Shown here: one piece after another, positions 33,137 through 44,594 of the stretch | How positions within the stretch are numbered: position 1 is the stretch's first letter | How the letters are laid out: each line of letters opens with the position of its first letter | Assembly: GCA_963747115.1 (NCBI GenBank) | Contig: CAVVEB010000001.1 | Span: forward strand, 134,554-198,553 | DNA length: 64,000 bases | Direction: 5' to 3' | Source: an uncultured delta proteobacterium | Lineage (GTDB): Bacteria; Desulfobacterota; Binatia; Binatales; Binataceae | Notes under the pieces: generated by a model | What the model was told of the DNA's origin: nothing | What the model saw: only the letters and a program-made list of their open reading frames with translations | Databases searched by the model: none | Position numbers and translations under genes: made by a program

Positions 33137-34491
33137 GCCAGCAGCGGAAATTTTTTACCGCCTTCGCCTCGGCGCTGCTCGCTCTGAGCTTCTTCGCCGG
33201 CCGCGCCAACGCCCTCGAGATGAAGCGGATGACGCTTTCCAACGGCGCGGTGCTGTTGGTATCGGAGCAGCATTTGCTTCCGATGGTGACGGTCGCGATC
33301 GCATTCGACGCGGGTTCGCGCCGCGATCCGCAAGGCAAAGAGGGGCTCGCCGAACTTACCGCGAACTGTCTGACGCAGGGGACCAAAGATCTGACCGCGG
33401 CCGAGTTCAATCAGAAAGTCGATTTCATGGGCAGCGAGGTCGGAGTTGGCGCATCGCGAGACTACGCGACCGCGAGTTTCACCTCGTTGAAAAAATATGA
33501 AGACGAGACCATGCACCTGCTCGCGCAGGTCCTGACCAACCCAGGACTGCGGCCTGCGGATATCGAGCGCAAGCGCGCGGAGCAACTGGCCGGCATCAGC
33601 GCGCAAGAAGAAGAGCCCGGTTACGTCGCCGAGGTGAAGTTCACCAAAACTCTTTACGGCGCGCGGAATCCTTATGGGCATCCGTCAACCGGATTTAGGG
33701 AGACCGTAGGCAAGCTCACCGCCGATGACGTCACGAAGTTTTATCACGACTTTTACAAGATGGGCGGCGCCGTCGTCGCGGTGGCGGGCGATGTCAGCGC
33801 GGACGAAATCAAAACCAAACTTGAACAACAGTTCGCGTCGCTGGAGGGCACGGTTGCGCCGCAACCAGCCTTCGCGGCGCCCGCGGTTGCGCCTGGACTG
33901 CATCCGGATCTGATCAATTGGAATATCGCGCAGGCCAATGTGGTGCTGGGCTTCGGCGGCGTCGAGCGCTCGAATCCCGACTACTACAAAATCCAGGTGA
34001 TGAATCACGTGCTCGGCGGGGGCGGATTTACCTCGCATCTGGTCAAGGAAGTACGGGTCAAGCAGGGCCTCGCATACTCGATTGGCAGCGTCTTCGACGC
34101 GGGAAAATTCCCGGGATCATTTCGCACCGTTTTCGAAACCAAAAATCAGAGCGCCAACGACGCGATCAAAACCACGCTGCAACAGATTCGCCAGATGCAG
34201 GAGCAACCGATCACGGACGACGAACTGAGTTCGACCAAAAAATTCCTGATCGGCAGTTTTCCGCTGAAGTTCGACACGCTGAGCAAGATCACCGGCTTCA
34301 TGCTCCAGGTGGAACTATACGGGCTCGGGCTCGACTATCCCGATCGCTTTCCGAAGCTGGTCGGCGACGTGAGCAAGGACGATGTGCTGGCGGTCGCGAA
34401 GAAATACTTGCACCCTGACGCCGCGATCCTCGTGGTGGTCGGCAATCTGCAGCAAGCCGCGATCAAGCCCGACAGCCTCGACGCTCATTGA
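33133..34491 (+). CDS. M16 family peptidase, non-catalytic partner subunit
   Basis: Signal peptide, no HxxEH, VR.KQGLAY R/Y pair; ATGA overlap with the previous gene. Confidence 0.9.
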   Translation: MSQQRKFFTAFASALLALSFFAGRANALEMKRMTLSNGAVLLVSEQHLLPMVTVAIAFDAGSRRDPQGKEGLAELTANCLTQGTKDLTAAEFNQKVDFMGSEVGVGASRDYATASFTSLKKYEDETMHLLAQVLTNPGLRPADIERKRAEQLAGISAQEEEPGYVAEVKFTKTLYGARNPYGHPSTGFRETVGKLTADDVTKFYHDFYKMGGAVVAVAGDVSADEIKTKLEQQFASLEGTVAPQPAFAAPAVAPGLHPDLINWNIAQANVVLGFGGVERSNPDYYKIQVMNHVLGGGGFTSHLVKEVRVKQGLAYSIGSVFDAGKFPGSFRTVFETKNQSANDAIKTTLQQIRQMQEQPITDDELSSTKKFLIGSFPLKFDTLSKITGFMLQVELYGLGLDYPDRFPKLVGDVSKDDVLAVAKKYLHPDAAILVVVGNLQQAAIKPDSLDAH

Positions 34492-35081
34492 TCGAGACCG
34501 CCCCAGGAAGTCGGGGTGAGAATTTGGCACGGGCCGCCAAGCCTCGGGATCAGAAGCTCATCTTCGACCTCGGGCATTCGACCCATCCGGTAGAAAATTT
34601 CCTCGCACTCCTCGAGCAACATGAGATTCGGATTCTCGCCGATGTGCGATCGTTCCCCGCTTCACGGCGATGGCCTCATTTCAATCGCGATGAACTGAAG
34701 AACTCCCTGGAGCGCGCAGGGATCGAATACGTTTGGCTAAAGTCGATCGGCGGCCGGCGTCATGCGGTCAATCCGGCTTCACCACATACGGCGTGGAAAA
34801 TTCCCGCGTTTCGTTCCTATGCCGACTATACCGAAGGAGACGATTTCAAAGCCGGGCTCGAAGAATTGATCGGACTCGCGGAGAGAAACCCGACCGCATA
34901 CATGTGCTCGGAGGGACTATGGTGGCGATGCCATCGCAGAATAATTTCCGACCATCTCGTCGTGCGCGGCTGGATCGTGATGCACATCATGCCTAATGGC
35001 AAGCTCGCGGAACATTTGCTTCCCGGTTTCGCCCGCGTATCGAAGGGGCGGCTGATATACGACGTCACCTCCGAGGAATGA
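34488..35081 (+). CDS. DUF488 family protein
   Basis: GHST, DVRSFP.S, GGRR, MCSE..WWRCHR; start uncertain. Confidence 0.88.
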   Translation: MIETAPGSRGENLARAAKPRDQKLIFDLGHSTHPVENFLALLEQHEIRILADVRSFPASRRWPHFNRDELKNSLERAGIEYVWLKSIGGRRHAVNPASPHTAWKIPAFRSYADYTEGDDFKAGLEELIGLAERNPTAYMCSEGLWWRCHRRIISDHLVVRGWIVMHIMPNGKLAEHLLPGFARVSKGRLIYDVTSEE

Positions 35082-35085
35082 ATCC

Positions 35086-37920
35086 TTAGGCCGCGGCGCG
35101 ATGTCCCAACACCTCGCGCAGGAATTGACCGGTATATGAATTTGCCACCTGCGCGATTTGTTCTGGCGTCCCCTTCGCAACTACGCTGCCACCGCGGTCA
35201 CCGCCTTCGGGGCCGAGATCGATGATGTAGTCGGCGGTCTTAATCACTTCGAGACTATGCTCGATGATGATGATCGTATTGCCGGTGTCGGCCAAGCGGC
35301 CTAGGACGGTCAGCAATTTCTTGATGTCGTCGAAATGCAGGCCGGTGGTCGGCTCGTCCAGAATATAAAGCGTGCGACCGGTCGCGCGCCGCGCGAGTTC
35401 CTTCGCCAACTTGATTCGTTGAGCTTCGCCGCCGGAAAGAGTCGTCGCGGATTGGCCGAGATGAATATAGTTGAGGCCCACATCGCGCAGCGTCTCGAGC
35501 TTTTGCCGGATCGGCGGCACAGATCCCATAAACTCGAGTCCATCCAGTACCGTCATATTGAGCACTTCAGAAATGCTCTTACCCTTGTACTGAATTTCCA
35601 AAGTGTCGCGGTTGTAGCGCTTGCCGCCGCAAACCTCGCAGGTCACATAGACGTCGGGTAGAAAGTGCATTTCGATGCGAATGATTCCGTCACCCTCGCA
35701 AGCTTCGCATCGTCCACCCTTCACGTTGAAGGAAAATCGTCCCGGTCCGTAGCCGCGCATGCGCGCTTCCGGAAGTTGCGCAAACAACTCCCTGATATGG
35801 GTGAACAGACCGGTGTAGGTCGCGGGATTGGAGCGCGGCGTCCGTCCGATCGGGCTTTGATCGACGTGGATGACTTTGTCGAGATTCTCGATACCTTCGA
35901 TACTCTTGAAAGAACCGGCGCGCTCGCGGCTGCGATTCAGCTTCTGCGAAAGCGCGCGATAGAGCGTGTCGAGCACCAGCGTGGATTTGCCGGAGCCTGA
36001 GACTCCGGTCACGCAGGTCACCACGCCGAGCGGAATCTGCACGGTCAACTCGCGCAGATTGTTTTCGCGCGCGCCCTTAATCGTGACCCATCGTCCACTC
36101 AATTGCCGCCGGCGCGAGGGAACCGGGATCTCCAGCTCGCCTGACAGATATTTGCCGGTCAACGAATTCGGATTAGCCATCACCTGCACCGGAGTTCCTT
36201 GCGCGACGATATCGCCGCCGTGGATTCCCGCGCCAGGCCCCATGTCGATCAGATAGTCGGCCTCCAGCATCGTTTCGCGATCGTGCTCGACCACCAGCAC
36301 CGTGTTGCCGAGATCCCGCAGACGCTTCAAGGTGCTGAGCAGCCGTTGATTGTCACGTTGATGCAATCCGATTGACGGCTCATCGAGAATATACAGTACC
36401 CCCACCAGGCTCGAACCGATCTGCGTCGCGAGGCGGATGCGCTGGCCCTCGCCGCCGGAAAGCGTGCCGGCGGTGCGATCGAGCGTCAGGTAGTCGAGTC
36501 CGACGTCGGCGAGAAATTTAAGCCGCTCGTTTACTTCCTTGAGAATGAGACGTGCGATCTCTTTTTCCTGCGCACTCAGCTTCGGCTCCGCAAAAAACGC
36601 GAGCGCCTGCTTAATCGACATTGCCGTGACTTCGGAAATCGATTTGTTGTTGAAGCGGACGAACAGACTCTCCTTCTTCAGGCGCGCGCCTCCGCAGGCG
36701 GGACAAGGCCGCATGTTCATGAAGGCGCCGAGCCATTCCCGAATCGATTCCGACTCGGTTTCCTTATAACGGCGATCCAGCCACTGCAGCACGCCTTCGA
36801 AGGGGCGCGCGTAGCCGTGACGATGGCCGTGGCGTTCATACGCAAACTCGATCTCCTCGTCGCCGGAGCCGTTCAGAATCGCCTTGCGCACCTTGAGCGG
36901 AATCGTTTTCCACTGCTGATCGAGACTGAACTCGTAGTGGGCCGCGAGCGCTTCAAGAATCGGCAGTATGTAGTTCATCGTGGCCCACGGCGAGATCGCG
37001 CCGTCGGAGATACTCAGTTCATCATTCTGAATGACCAACTCCGGATCGAAATACATGATCGATCCGATACCCGAACACTCGGCGCACGCGCCGTGCGGGC
37101 TGTTGAATGAAAACATTCGCGGGGTGATTTCAGGATATGAGATTCCGCATTCCACGCACGCGAATCGCTGGCTGAAGTAGATCCCCTCCTCCGCTTTGGG
37201 GCCGTCCAGGCGCTCTACTTTGAGCAGGTCCTGACCGTATTTGAAGGCGACTTCCAGCGAATCGGCAAGACGCTTCTCGATACCGCCGCGGATCGCAAGA
37301 CGATCCACCATCACTTCGATAGTGTGCCGCTGATTTTTGTTCAGCACCGGCTCTTCACCGAGTTCACAAAGTTTGCCGTCGATCTTAGCCCGCACAAAAC
37401 CCGCGCGCCTGAGATCGGCCAGCTCCTTGCGATACTCACCCTTGCGGTCGCGCACGATCGGGGCGAGCACGTGAATTCTGGCGCCCTCGGGAAATTTCAT
37501 GATTCGATCGACGATTTGCTGCACGCTTTGTTGGGTAATCTCGCGCCCGCAGTTGTAGCAAAAGGCGTGACCGACGCGGGCAAACAACAACCGCAAATAG
37601 TCGTAAATCTCCGTGATGGTGCCGACGGTCGAGCGCGGGTTACGGGAGCTGGTCTTCTGTTCGATGGAAATCGCGGGCGAGAGCCCCTCGATCGAGTCGA
37701 CGTCGGGCTTTTCCATCTGCTCCAAGAACTGGCGCGCATACGCGGAGAGCGACTCCACGTACCTGCGCTGCCCTTCGGCATAGATGGTGTCGAAGGCGAG
37801 CGAGGATTTTCCCGAACCCGAGAGGCCGGTGATTACGACCAGACGATCGCGAGGAATCTCAAGATCGATATTTTTGAGATTGTGCTCCCGTGCGCCGCGA
37901 ATTATCAGCTTATCCGCCAT
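35086..37920 (-). CDS. uvrA: Excinuclease ABC subunit A
   Basis: GAREHNLKN, two Walker A motifs ([16 protein letters not shown]), Zn fingers, LSGGE. Confidence 0.98.
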   Translation of the reverse strand: MADKLIIRGAREHNLKNIDLEIPRDRLVVITGLSGSGKSSLAFDTIYAEGQRRYVESLSAYARQFLEQMEKPDVDSIEGLSPAISIEQKTSSRNPRSTVGTITEIYDYLRLLFARVGHAFCYNCGREITQQSVQQIVDRIMKFPEGARIHVLAPIVRDRKGEYRKELADLRRAGFVRAKIDGKLCELGEEPVLNKNQRHTIEVMVDRLAIRGGIEKRLADSLEVAFKYGQDLLKVERLDGPKAEEGIYFSQRFACVECGISYPEITPRMFSFNSPHGACAECSGIGSIMYFDPELVIQNDELSISDGAISPWATMNYILPILEALAAHYEFSLDQQWKTIPLKVRKAILNGSGDEEIEFAYERHGHRHGYARPFEGVLQWLDRRYKETESESIREWLGAFMNMRPCPACGGARLKKESLFVRFNNKSISEVTAMSIKQALAFFAEPKLSAQEKEIARLILKEVNERLKFLADVGLDYLTLDRTAGTLSGGEGQRIRLATQIGSSLVGVLYILDEPSIGLHQRDNQRLLSTLKRLRDLGNTVLVVEHDRETMLEADYLIDMGPGAGIHGGDIVAQGTPVQVMANPNSLTGKYLSGELEIPVPSRRRQLSGRWVTIKGARENNLRELTVQIPLGVVTCVTGVSGSGKSTLVLDTLYRALSQKLNRSRERAGSFKSIEGIENLDKVIHVDQSPIGRTPRSNPATYTGLFTHIRELFAQLPEARMRGYGPGRFSFNVKGGRCEACEGDGIIRIEMHFLPDVYVTCEVCGGKRYNRDTLEIQYKGKSISEVLNMTVLDGLEFMGSVPPIRQKLETLRDVGLNYIHLGQSATTLSGGEAQRIKLAKELARRATGRTLYILDEPTTGLHFDDIKKLLTVLGRLADTGNTIIIIEHSLEVIKTADYIIDLGPEGGDRGGSVVAKGTPEQIAQVANSYTGQFLREVLGHRAAA

Positions 37921-37925
37921 CGCAA

Positions 37926-38960
37926 TTACGCCGCGCGGCGCGCCGCCGCATCGCGGGCCTTTACCGCGCGGCACGCGTATTCGATGGCCGCGATCATGCT
38001 CGAGGGATTGGCAACCCCATTTCCCGCGAGGTCGAATGCGGTGCCATGATCGGGCGAGGTGCGGATGAACGGCAATCCGATCGTCACGTTGACCGCGCGA
38101 TCGAATTCGAGTGTCTTGAGCGCGATCAGACCCTGGTCGTGGTACATGGCGACGGCCGCGTCAAAGCCGAAATGGCCGCCGCGGCGGATAAAGGCGGTAT
38201 CTGGGGCGAGTGGGCCGAGGACGTTGATGCCGCGCTTGCGCGCCCGATCGATCGCCGGCGCGATGGTGCGGATCTCTTCGTCTCCAAAAAGTCCATTCTC
38301 ACCCGCGTGCGGATTAAAGCCGAGCACGCCAATCTTCGGCCGCGTGGCTCTTTCGTTCTCGCGCAGGTGTCGATCGAGAATCAGAATCGTGTCAAAAACG
38401 CTTTTGCTGTTCAGCAGGCCCGAAACCTTCGAAAGTGCGACGTGTGCGGTGACCAGCGCGAGGCGAAGTTCGCTTCCTGCGAACATCATGCGCCAGTTCC
38501 GCGCGCCGACGATTTTCGCAAGAAATTCGGTATGTCCCGGAAAATTATGTCCCGCGCGGTCCCACCACTGCTTGCTGATCGGCGCCGTTACGAGAGCATC
38601 CATTTCTCCGTCGCGCGTAAGCCGCGCGGCGGTTTCCACGTAGCGGAAAGACGCGTCGCCTCCCGCGATGCCGGGCTTGCCGGGACGCCGCGCCTCGGGC
38701 GCAAGTTCCGATACCGGCAACACCGCCAACCCATGCGGCGCGACGCTTGCGCCACGATGCCATTCAAATGGCCGAGGCGAATTATTCACCCGCTCCGCGG
38801 CCTCGCGCATGACTTCAAGGTCGCCGATCACCACGAGTGACGGGGCGGCGCTCTGATTTGCGATCGACGCCGCGGACCGCACGATCACTTCGGGCCCGAT
38901 GCCGGCGGGATCGCCCATGCTGACAGCCAGAACCGGCGGGGCTTTTCGTTTCCGCGCCAT
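37926..38960 (-). CDS. pdxA: 4-hydroxythreonine-4-phosphate dehydrogenase
   Basis: [36 protein letters not shown]. Confidence 0.96.
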   Translation of the reverse strand: MARKRKAPPVLAVSMGDPAGIGPEVIVRSAASIANQSAAPSLVVIGDLEVMREAAERVNNSPRPFEWHRGASVAPHGLAVLPVSELAPEARRPGKPGIAGGDASFRYVETAARLTRDGEMDALVTAPISKQWWDRAGHNFPGHTEFLAKIVGARNWRMMFAGSELRLALVTAHVALSKVSGLLNSKSVFDTILILDRHLRENERATRPKIGVLGFNPHAGENGLFGDEEIRTIAPAIDRARKRGINVLGPLAPDTAFIRRGGHFGFDAAVAMYHDQGLIALKTLEFDRAVNVTIGLPFIRTSPDHGTAFDLAGNGVANPSSMIAAIEYACRAVKARDAAARRAA

Positions 38961-38966
38961 CATCGA

Positions 38967-39959
38967 TCAATACATCGTCTCAACGTCGTGTTGCTTGACC
39001 AGTTCAGTCTCGACCCAATTCTGCAAACGAGCCTTGGTCTGTTCATCGACCAACTTGTTGCGGATTTCCTCTTTCACGACTGGGAGCGGCTTCACCCCGG
39101 GCACCACGTGTTGCTCGACCTTGATGATGTGGAAACCGTTTTTCGAGCGGACGACGTCGGAGATCTGACCCGGCTGCAAGCCTTTAATCGCGGCCAGAAT
39201 CTCGTCCATGATGTCGTCGGGAGCGAAGGTGCCGAGCTCGCCACCTTGAGCCTTCGATTCGTCGTCCGAATAGCGTCTTGCCAATTCGCCAAAGTCCTGG
39301 CCTGCCAGCGCCTTGGCGTGGGCCTCCTCGGCCCTCGCTTTGGCGGCGGCGACTTCCGCCGGCGGCGCACTGGGAGCCACCGCGACCAGTATCTGCGCGA
39401 GCTGGTATTTCTCCTGCTTGACGGTGAACTGGTCCTGGTTCGCGTCGTAGTAGGCCTGAATCTGTTCGGGAGGAATAGTGACACGTTGGCGCAGCTCTTC
39501 GTTAAGCATCATGGCCTTTTCGAGTTCCATCTTGGCCTGCCTTCGGAAATCGTCGTAGCTGACGCCGTTTTGCATCAAAGATTGCCTTAGCTGTTGATCG
39601 GTAATCCCGCGATCGCCTTCAACTTCCTCGACGTATTTATCGACCTGACTGTCATCGACTTTGTCGTCGTATTTTCTCACTTCTTCGGCCAAAAGCTTTT
39701 GCGCGATCAATCCCTTAAGCCCCTCTTTGAAAATGGGATTCGACGTCGGATCGCCGGGCGGTAGAGGCTTCCCCGCGCTTTGAGCAAATGCCCTGACGTC
39801 GTGCATTGTGATCGGATCGCCATCGACGCTGGCTACAATCTTATCAACGTCCTCGGCGTGCAGCGTGCTGGACGCGCAGAACATCGCAAGCAATACCAGG
39901 ATTGCGGACACGAGCACGAGACGCGCGTACACCCGAACGGGAGAAACCCTATTTTGCAT
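38967..39959 (-). CDS. surA: SurA-like peptidyl-prolyl isomerase
   Basis: Signal peptide, DKIVASVDGDPIT, parvulin motifs F.ELARRYSDD..GGELG and GFHIIK; between mfd and pdxA. Confidence 0.85.
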   Translation of the reverse strand: MQNRVSPVRVYARLVLVSAILVLLAMFCASSTLHAEDVDKIVASVDGDPITMHDVRAFAQSAGKPLPPGDPTSNPIFKEGLKGLIAQKLLAEEVRKYDDKVDDSQVDKYVEEVEGDRGITDQQLRQSLMQNGVSYDDFRRQAKMELEKAMMLNEELRQRVTIPPEQIQAYYDANQDQFTVKQEKYQLAQILVAVAPSAPPAEVAAAKARAEEAHAKALAGQDFGELARRYSDDESKAQGGELGTFAPDDIMDEILAAIKGLQPGQISDVVRSKNGFHIIKVEQHVVPGVKPLPVVKEEIRNKLVDEQTKARLQNWVETELVKQHDVETMY

Positions 39960-39963
39960 CAAT

Positions 39964-42900
39964 CTAGTTGGCGACCATGCTCGCGGGGCGGCCTGGCCAG
40001 CTTTCCAAATTCTCACAGGCCTGAATTGCCTGCAAGACGGCGTCGACCTGCGCGAAGATTTTTTCATACTCCCGATCTTCCACCGGCTCCATTTGCACGA
40101 TGACCTGAAAGGATGGCGTAAGCCGCATTCGCTTACGGTTTACCTCGGCCAGTTTCGCGAGCTTCCCTGCGTCGAGTGGCGCTTCCGCGTGGAAACGGAT
40201 TTCGAGCTGATTTCCTTTCGTGATCGCGCTCAGGATCATCATAGCCCGCATCTGGCGGCGGACGTTCATGGCCGCGATGAGATTCTCGACCAGCGTCGGT
40301 ACCGGCCCGCATCGGTCACGCATCTCATCACGCAGGTCCGCGAGATCCTGGTCCGACTCGGCCCGTGCAAGCCGGCGATACAGGATCAAGCGCTCGTTCT
40401 CGTCGGGTACATAGTGCTCGGGAATATACGCTGGAATGCCGAGGCGCAGTTCGGGTTCGAAATCGGGCCGCTGCGGCTCGCCGCGCAACTCGTGAATCGC
40501 CTGCTCCATCATCTCGGTATATAGCTCGAAGCCGACCGCGGTGATTTCCCCGTGCTGCTCGCGGCCCAGGAGATTGCCCGCGCCGCGATGCTCCAGGTCG
40601 GACATCGCAAGCTTGAAGCCCCCGCCCGCATCGGTGTCGACCAGCTCTTGCAGCGCTTCGATGCGGCGCTTGGCGTCGCGCGTGATGATGTGTTCCCCCG
40701 GTATCAGCAGGTACGCGTAGGCCTTTTGGCGCGAGCGTCCAACCCTGCCGCGCAACTGGTATAACTGCGCCAGCCCGAAATGGTCCGCGCGATTGATGAC
40801 CATCGTGTTCGCGTTCGGAATATCCAGCCCGGATTCGATGATCGCGGTACAGACCAGCAGATTGATGCGATTTTCGATGAAGTCGCGCATCACATTTTCC
40901 AGTTGACGCTCATTCATTTGACCATGGCCGATGCCGATTCGAGCCTCGGGAATCAGCGAACGCAAATGACCGGCAATGTAGCCGATGTTCTCGACCCGAT
41001 TGTGCACGAAGAAAACCTGCCCGCCACGATTCAGCTCGCGCAAAATGACCTCGCGGACCAGACCGTCTTCGAAATGCGCGACGAAGGTCCGTATCATCTG
41101 CCGGTCCGGCGGCGCCGTCTGGATTACCGACAGATCGCGAATCCCGAGCATCGCCATGTGCAGCGTGCGCGGAATCGGCGTCGCGGTAAGCGTCAGCACG
41201 TCGACCAGCTTGCGCAATTTCTTCATCTTCTCTTTGTCCGCGACCCCGAAACGATGCTCTTCGTCGATGATCAGCAAGCCGAGTTTCGCGAACTGAACGT
41301 CCTTGGACAGTAGGCGATGCGTCCCGATGACGATATCAACTTTGCCACGCACGACATCTTCGATGATCGCCTTGTTTTCCTTCGGCGAACGGAATCGCGA
41401 CACCATTTCGATACGGACCGGGTAATCCTTGAAGCGATTTTGAAAGCTGTTCCAATGCTGCTCGGCGAGGATCGTGGTCGGGACCAGGATCGCGACCTGA
41501 CGGCCGTCCATCACCGCGATGAACGCGGCGCGCATCGCGACTTCGGTCTTGCCGAAACCGGCGTCGCCGCAGATCAGGCGGTCCATTGGCCTGGGCCGCG
41601 CCATATCCCGAATGACCTCATCGATGGCGGCCTGTTGATCGGGCGTCTCGTCGAATTCGAATCGTTCAGCGAAATCTTCGTAGTCGCGGCCCGGATGCGG
41701 GAACGGATGACCCTCCATGACTTCGCGCGCCGCGTATATATCGAGCAGCTCGCTCGCCATCACAAGGACCTGCGCCTTGGTGCGGCGCTTCACTTTTTCC
41801 CACGCGCCGCTGCCAAGCTTGTCGAGCTTCGGCTGCGCGTTATCCGAGCCACCGACGTAGCGTTGCACCAGGTTGATGCGCTCAACCGGAACGTACATGG
41901 TGTCGTTGCCGGAGTATTCGAGATTGAGAAAGTCGCCCTCGGTGTCCGAGACCTTCATGTGCTTGAGGCCCCGATATTGTCCGATTCCATGATCGAGATG
42001 GACGACGTGATCCCCCGGTCTCAGCTCTTCAAGATTGAGCAGCGCTCCACCCTTCAGACGCGGCCGGACGCGGCGGCGAGCACGCGGCTCGCCAAAAATG
42101 TCTTCTTCGCTATAGATGTAGAGGCCATCGGATTCGAGCACGACGCCGGAGGAAACTTCGCCTTCGATGATCGCCGGATAAAAATCGGGACGTTCGAGCA
42201 GCTCGGGAAAACTTCTGCAGTCGCTGTTTACCTCGAGTCGGTACGCCTCCAGGTGGCGTCGCAGGCGCGCCGCCTGGTTCGGTCCGTCGACAACCATCAC
42301 CGCTCTGCCCTGCGATCGCTGCACTTCCTTGAGCTCAGCCGCGAGAGGTTCGAACGAAATCGCGTGACGCTGGCCGGTTAACTCAACCGATCCGAGCTTC
42401 AGCGCCGGCGCCGAGGCAACTTCGATCGGCGGCGCCCATCCCTCGCGCGGAGACATAGCGGTTACCAGCGCACCTATCTCGACCGCCGTCATCCGTGACA
42501 GATGACTCTCGATTTCTTCAGCGGTGAGATACAACGCGCCTGGCTGCGGATAGAAAGCGGGCTTGGCCTGAGCGCCTGACGCCTCGGCATTGATAAGACC
42601 GGCGCGGCGATGAGCTTCGGCGATGACTCGACCCGGATCCATCAGCCACGCGACGGTAGCCTCGGGAAGGTACGAAAAAACCGGGTCGAGCGGCTGCGCA
42701 TACACATACGGCATCAGCAGCTCGGCGCCCGGAAAAAGCAAACCGGTTTCGAGCGTCTCCGCGAGTTCCGCCGCTTCCTTGCGTATCATTCCGATTTCCG
42801 CCGCGCGTAGCGCGACCACGTCGCCCAGCTCCTTGCTCTTCAAGGCTGACGGCGCGACGTAGCGGGTCCTGATGATGGTCGCCTCGGAAATCTCGCCGAG

Positions 42901-43554
42901 TGAGCGCTGACTGGCGCCCTCGAAATGACGAATCGAGGTGACGATGTCATCTTCCAACTCGATGCGCACGGGCGCGTGGTAGAGTGGCGAGAACACGTCG
43001 ATGATTCCGCCGCGGACGCTGAAATCGCCCGCCTCTTCGCATTGCGGAACGCGCTGGTAGCCCATCACAGAGAGCGTGTCGATCAGCAGCTCAAGGTCGA
43101 GGCTCTCTGCGGCGGCGATGCGCACTATTGATGCATCGAATTCCCGGCGCGGGATGGTGCGCATCATCAAGGCCTCGACCGAGGTGACAACCACCGGCGC
43201 CGATTGCCGTCGCATCGCGTACAACGCCGCCAGCTGCGACGCTTGCACGTCCGGCGGCGGCGAGATGTAGGCGAACGGCTTCAGCTCCCATCCGCGCAAC
43301 AGATGGACCCGTCGCGCAGGGACATCCCTATCGATGGACTCGCCAAGAAAAAAAGCGACCTCGTGGGCGAGCGCTTCGGCCTCGGACGCGAGCGAGGCAA
43401 CGGCCATTATCGGACGGTTGAGACGGAGCACCGCCTCTCGCAGCATCAGAGCATTGGCCGCACCCTTGAGCCCCATGACGGGAAAGCGCCGATAGGGTCC
43501 AGACCTGAGCCGCGCCTCGAGTTCGCTGGCCGCTTCTTTGAGACTTCTTTGCAC
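39964..43554 (-). CDS. mfd: Transcription-repair coupling factor
   Basis: VRGGIID, VVHLDHGIG, GDAGFGKTE, DEEHRFG, QLRGRVGR and TRCF C-terminal domain. Confidence 0.98.
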   Translation of the reverse strand: MQRSLKEAASELEARLRSGPYRRFPVMGLKGAANALMLREAVLRLNRPIMAVASLASEAEALAHEVAFFLGESIDRDVPARRVHLLRGWELKPFAYISPPPDVQASQLAALYAMRRQSAPVVVTSVEALMMRTIPRREFDASIVRIAAAESLDLELLIDTLSVMGYQRVPQCEEAGDFSVRGGIIDVFSPLYHAPVRIELEDDIVTSIRHFEGASQRSLGEISEATIIRTRYVAPSALKSKELGDVVALRAAEIGMIRKEAAELAETLETGLLFPGAELLMPYVYAQPLDPVFSYLPEATVAWLMDPGRVIAEAHRRAGLINAEASGAQAKPAFYPQPGALYLTAEEIESHLSRMTAVEIGALVTAMSPREGWAPPIEVASAPALKLGSVELTGQRHAISFEPLAAELKEVQRSQGRAVMVVDGPNQAARLRRHLEAYRLEVNSDCRSFPELLERPDFYPAIIEGEVSSGVVLESDGLYIYSEEDIFGEPRARRRVRPRLKGGALLNLEELRPGDHVVHLDHGIGQYRGLKHMKVSDTEGDFLNLEYSGNDTMYVPVERINLVQRYVGGSDNAQPKLDKLGSGAWEKVKRRTKAQVLVMASELLDIYAAREVMEGHPFPHPGRDYEDFAERFEFDETPDQQAAIDEVIRDMARPRPMDRLICGDAGFGKTEVAMRAAFIAVMDGRQVAILVPTTILAEQHWNSFQNRFKDYPVRIEMVSRFRSPKENKAIIEDVVRGKVDIVIGTHRLLSKDVQFAKLGLLIIDEEHRFGVADKEKMKKLRKLVDVLTLTATPIPRTLHMAMLGIRDLSVIQTAPPDRQMIRTFVAHFEDGLVREVILRELNRGGQVFFVHNRVENIGYIAGHLRSLIPEARIGIGHGQMNERQLENVMRDFIENRINLLVCTAIIESGLDIPNANTMVINRADHFGLAQLYQLRGRVGRSRQKAYAYLLIPGEHIITRDAKRRIEALQELVDTDAGGGFKLAMSDLEHRGAGNLLGREQHGEITAVGFELYTEMMEQAIHELRGEPQRPDFEPELRLGIPAYIPEHYVPDENERLILYRRLARAESDQDLADLRDEMRDRCGPVPTLVENLIAAMNVRRQMRAMMILSAITKGNQLEIRFHAEAPLDAGKLAKLAEVNRKRMRLTPSFQVIVQMEPVEDREYEKIFAQVDAVLQAIQACENLESWPGRPASMVAN

Positions 43555-43686
43555 CTTTACTTAAAATGACGCAGCTAGGCCTACCGGGAACGCGCGAAAA
43601 GCTCTCGCACGCCCGTCGGGACTACGAGTTCAATATAGCAGAATTTTAATTCGAGAAAGGCGGCGGTGAAGATCGATGAGCTAGTC

Positions 43687-44502
43687 TCAGGGTGAACCGG
43701 GACGCCCGGCGGCAGCAACCTGCCCACACGAATCCGCATCTCCCGGTCGCCAGTTTCCGACGTTGATCACAATTTTCATGGTTTTGTGATCACCACCCGG
43801 CTCCGGACGAATCACGGTTATATACATAATGTCGCCGGGGCGCGCTTTCGCCATCGCGTCGTCGAAATCAGCCTGACTGCGTACCCTTTGATCGTCGACC
43901 GCGACGATCAGGTCTCCGCGGTCCCCTTGTGCGGCTTGTTCCAGGAAATGATTCGTCAGCATCTGGAGTCCCGGAATAATCGCGCCTGCCGTCTCGGCCG
44001 CGGCGATAACACCCGCTTGTCCTCCGTTGGCCTTGAGTCCTGCTCTCTCGGCCGGACTGTTGCGATCGACCGAAACGATTTCCAGTCCGTGTTCCTCGCC
44101 GCCTTTGAAGCAGTAGCTGGTGTAATTGACGTGAATACCGAGGCAGCTTTTGCTCGACGTTCCCGTGCTAGTGTTGTTCTCAAAACGACGATCAGTCGAA
44201 GCGGTATCGTCGCCGGGACGGAACTGCCGATTACTGGGAATCTCGCTGCTGTCGCCGGCTGGAGGCCGGATACCCATCTGCGGCGAGATTTCCAGAGTGG
44301 CGTCGTCACCACCCTGATTGGCGATTCCCGGATGCGATGGAGGCGGGGCGCCAGGGTGTGAGTTGATACCTGACGGCGCACCGCCGGCGCCGCCTTGTGC
44401 GCCGTAATCGGGGCCGCTCTGCGCCGATACGCCAACTGCGGCGCAGAGCAAAACCAGTGCGCTATAAGCCGCCGCTCGTTTGGGTGTGGTTCGATTGTTC
44501 AC
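43687..44502 (-). CDS. Secreted PDZ-domain protein
   Basis: Signal peptide, low-complexity linker, SPAERAGL...GDLIVAVD PDZ; no protease domain. Confidence 0.8.
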   Translation of the reverse strand: MNNRTTPKRAAAYSALVLLCAAVGVSAQSGPDYGAQGGAGGAPSGINSHPGAPPPSHPGIANQGGDDATLEISPQMGIRPPAGDSSEIPSNRQFRPGDDTASTDRRFENNTSTGTSSKSCLGIHVNYTSYCFKGGEEHGLEIVSVDRNSPAERAGLKANGGQAGVIAAAETAGAIIPGLQMLTNHFLEQAAQGDRGDLIVAVDDQRVRSQADFDDAMAKARPGDIMYITVIRPEPGGDHKTMKIVINVGNWRPGDADSCGQVAAAGRPGSP

Positions 44503-44594
44503 TTGGAGCGATCATAGACCCAAAATCCGATTTTGCTCAAGGCGGGTCGTTTTTCATCTTGAAGCGAGGCGACTCGCATGCAAAGTTTCGGACT

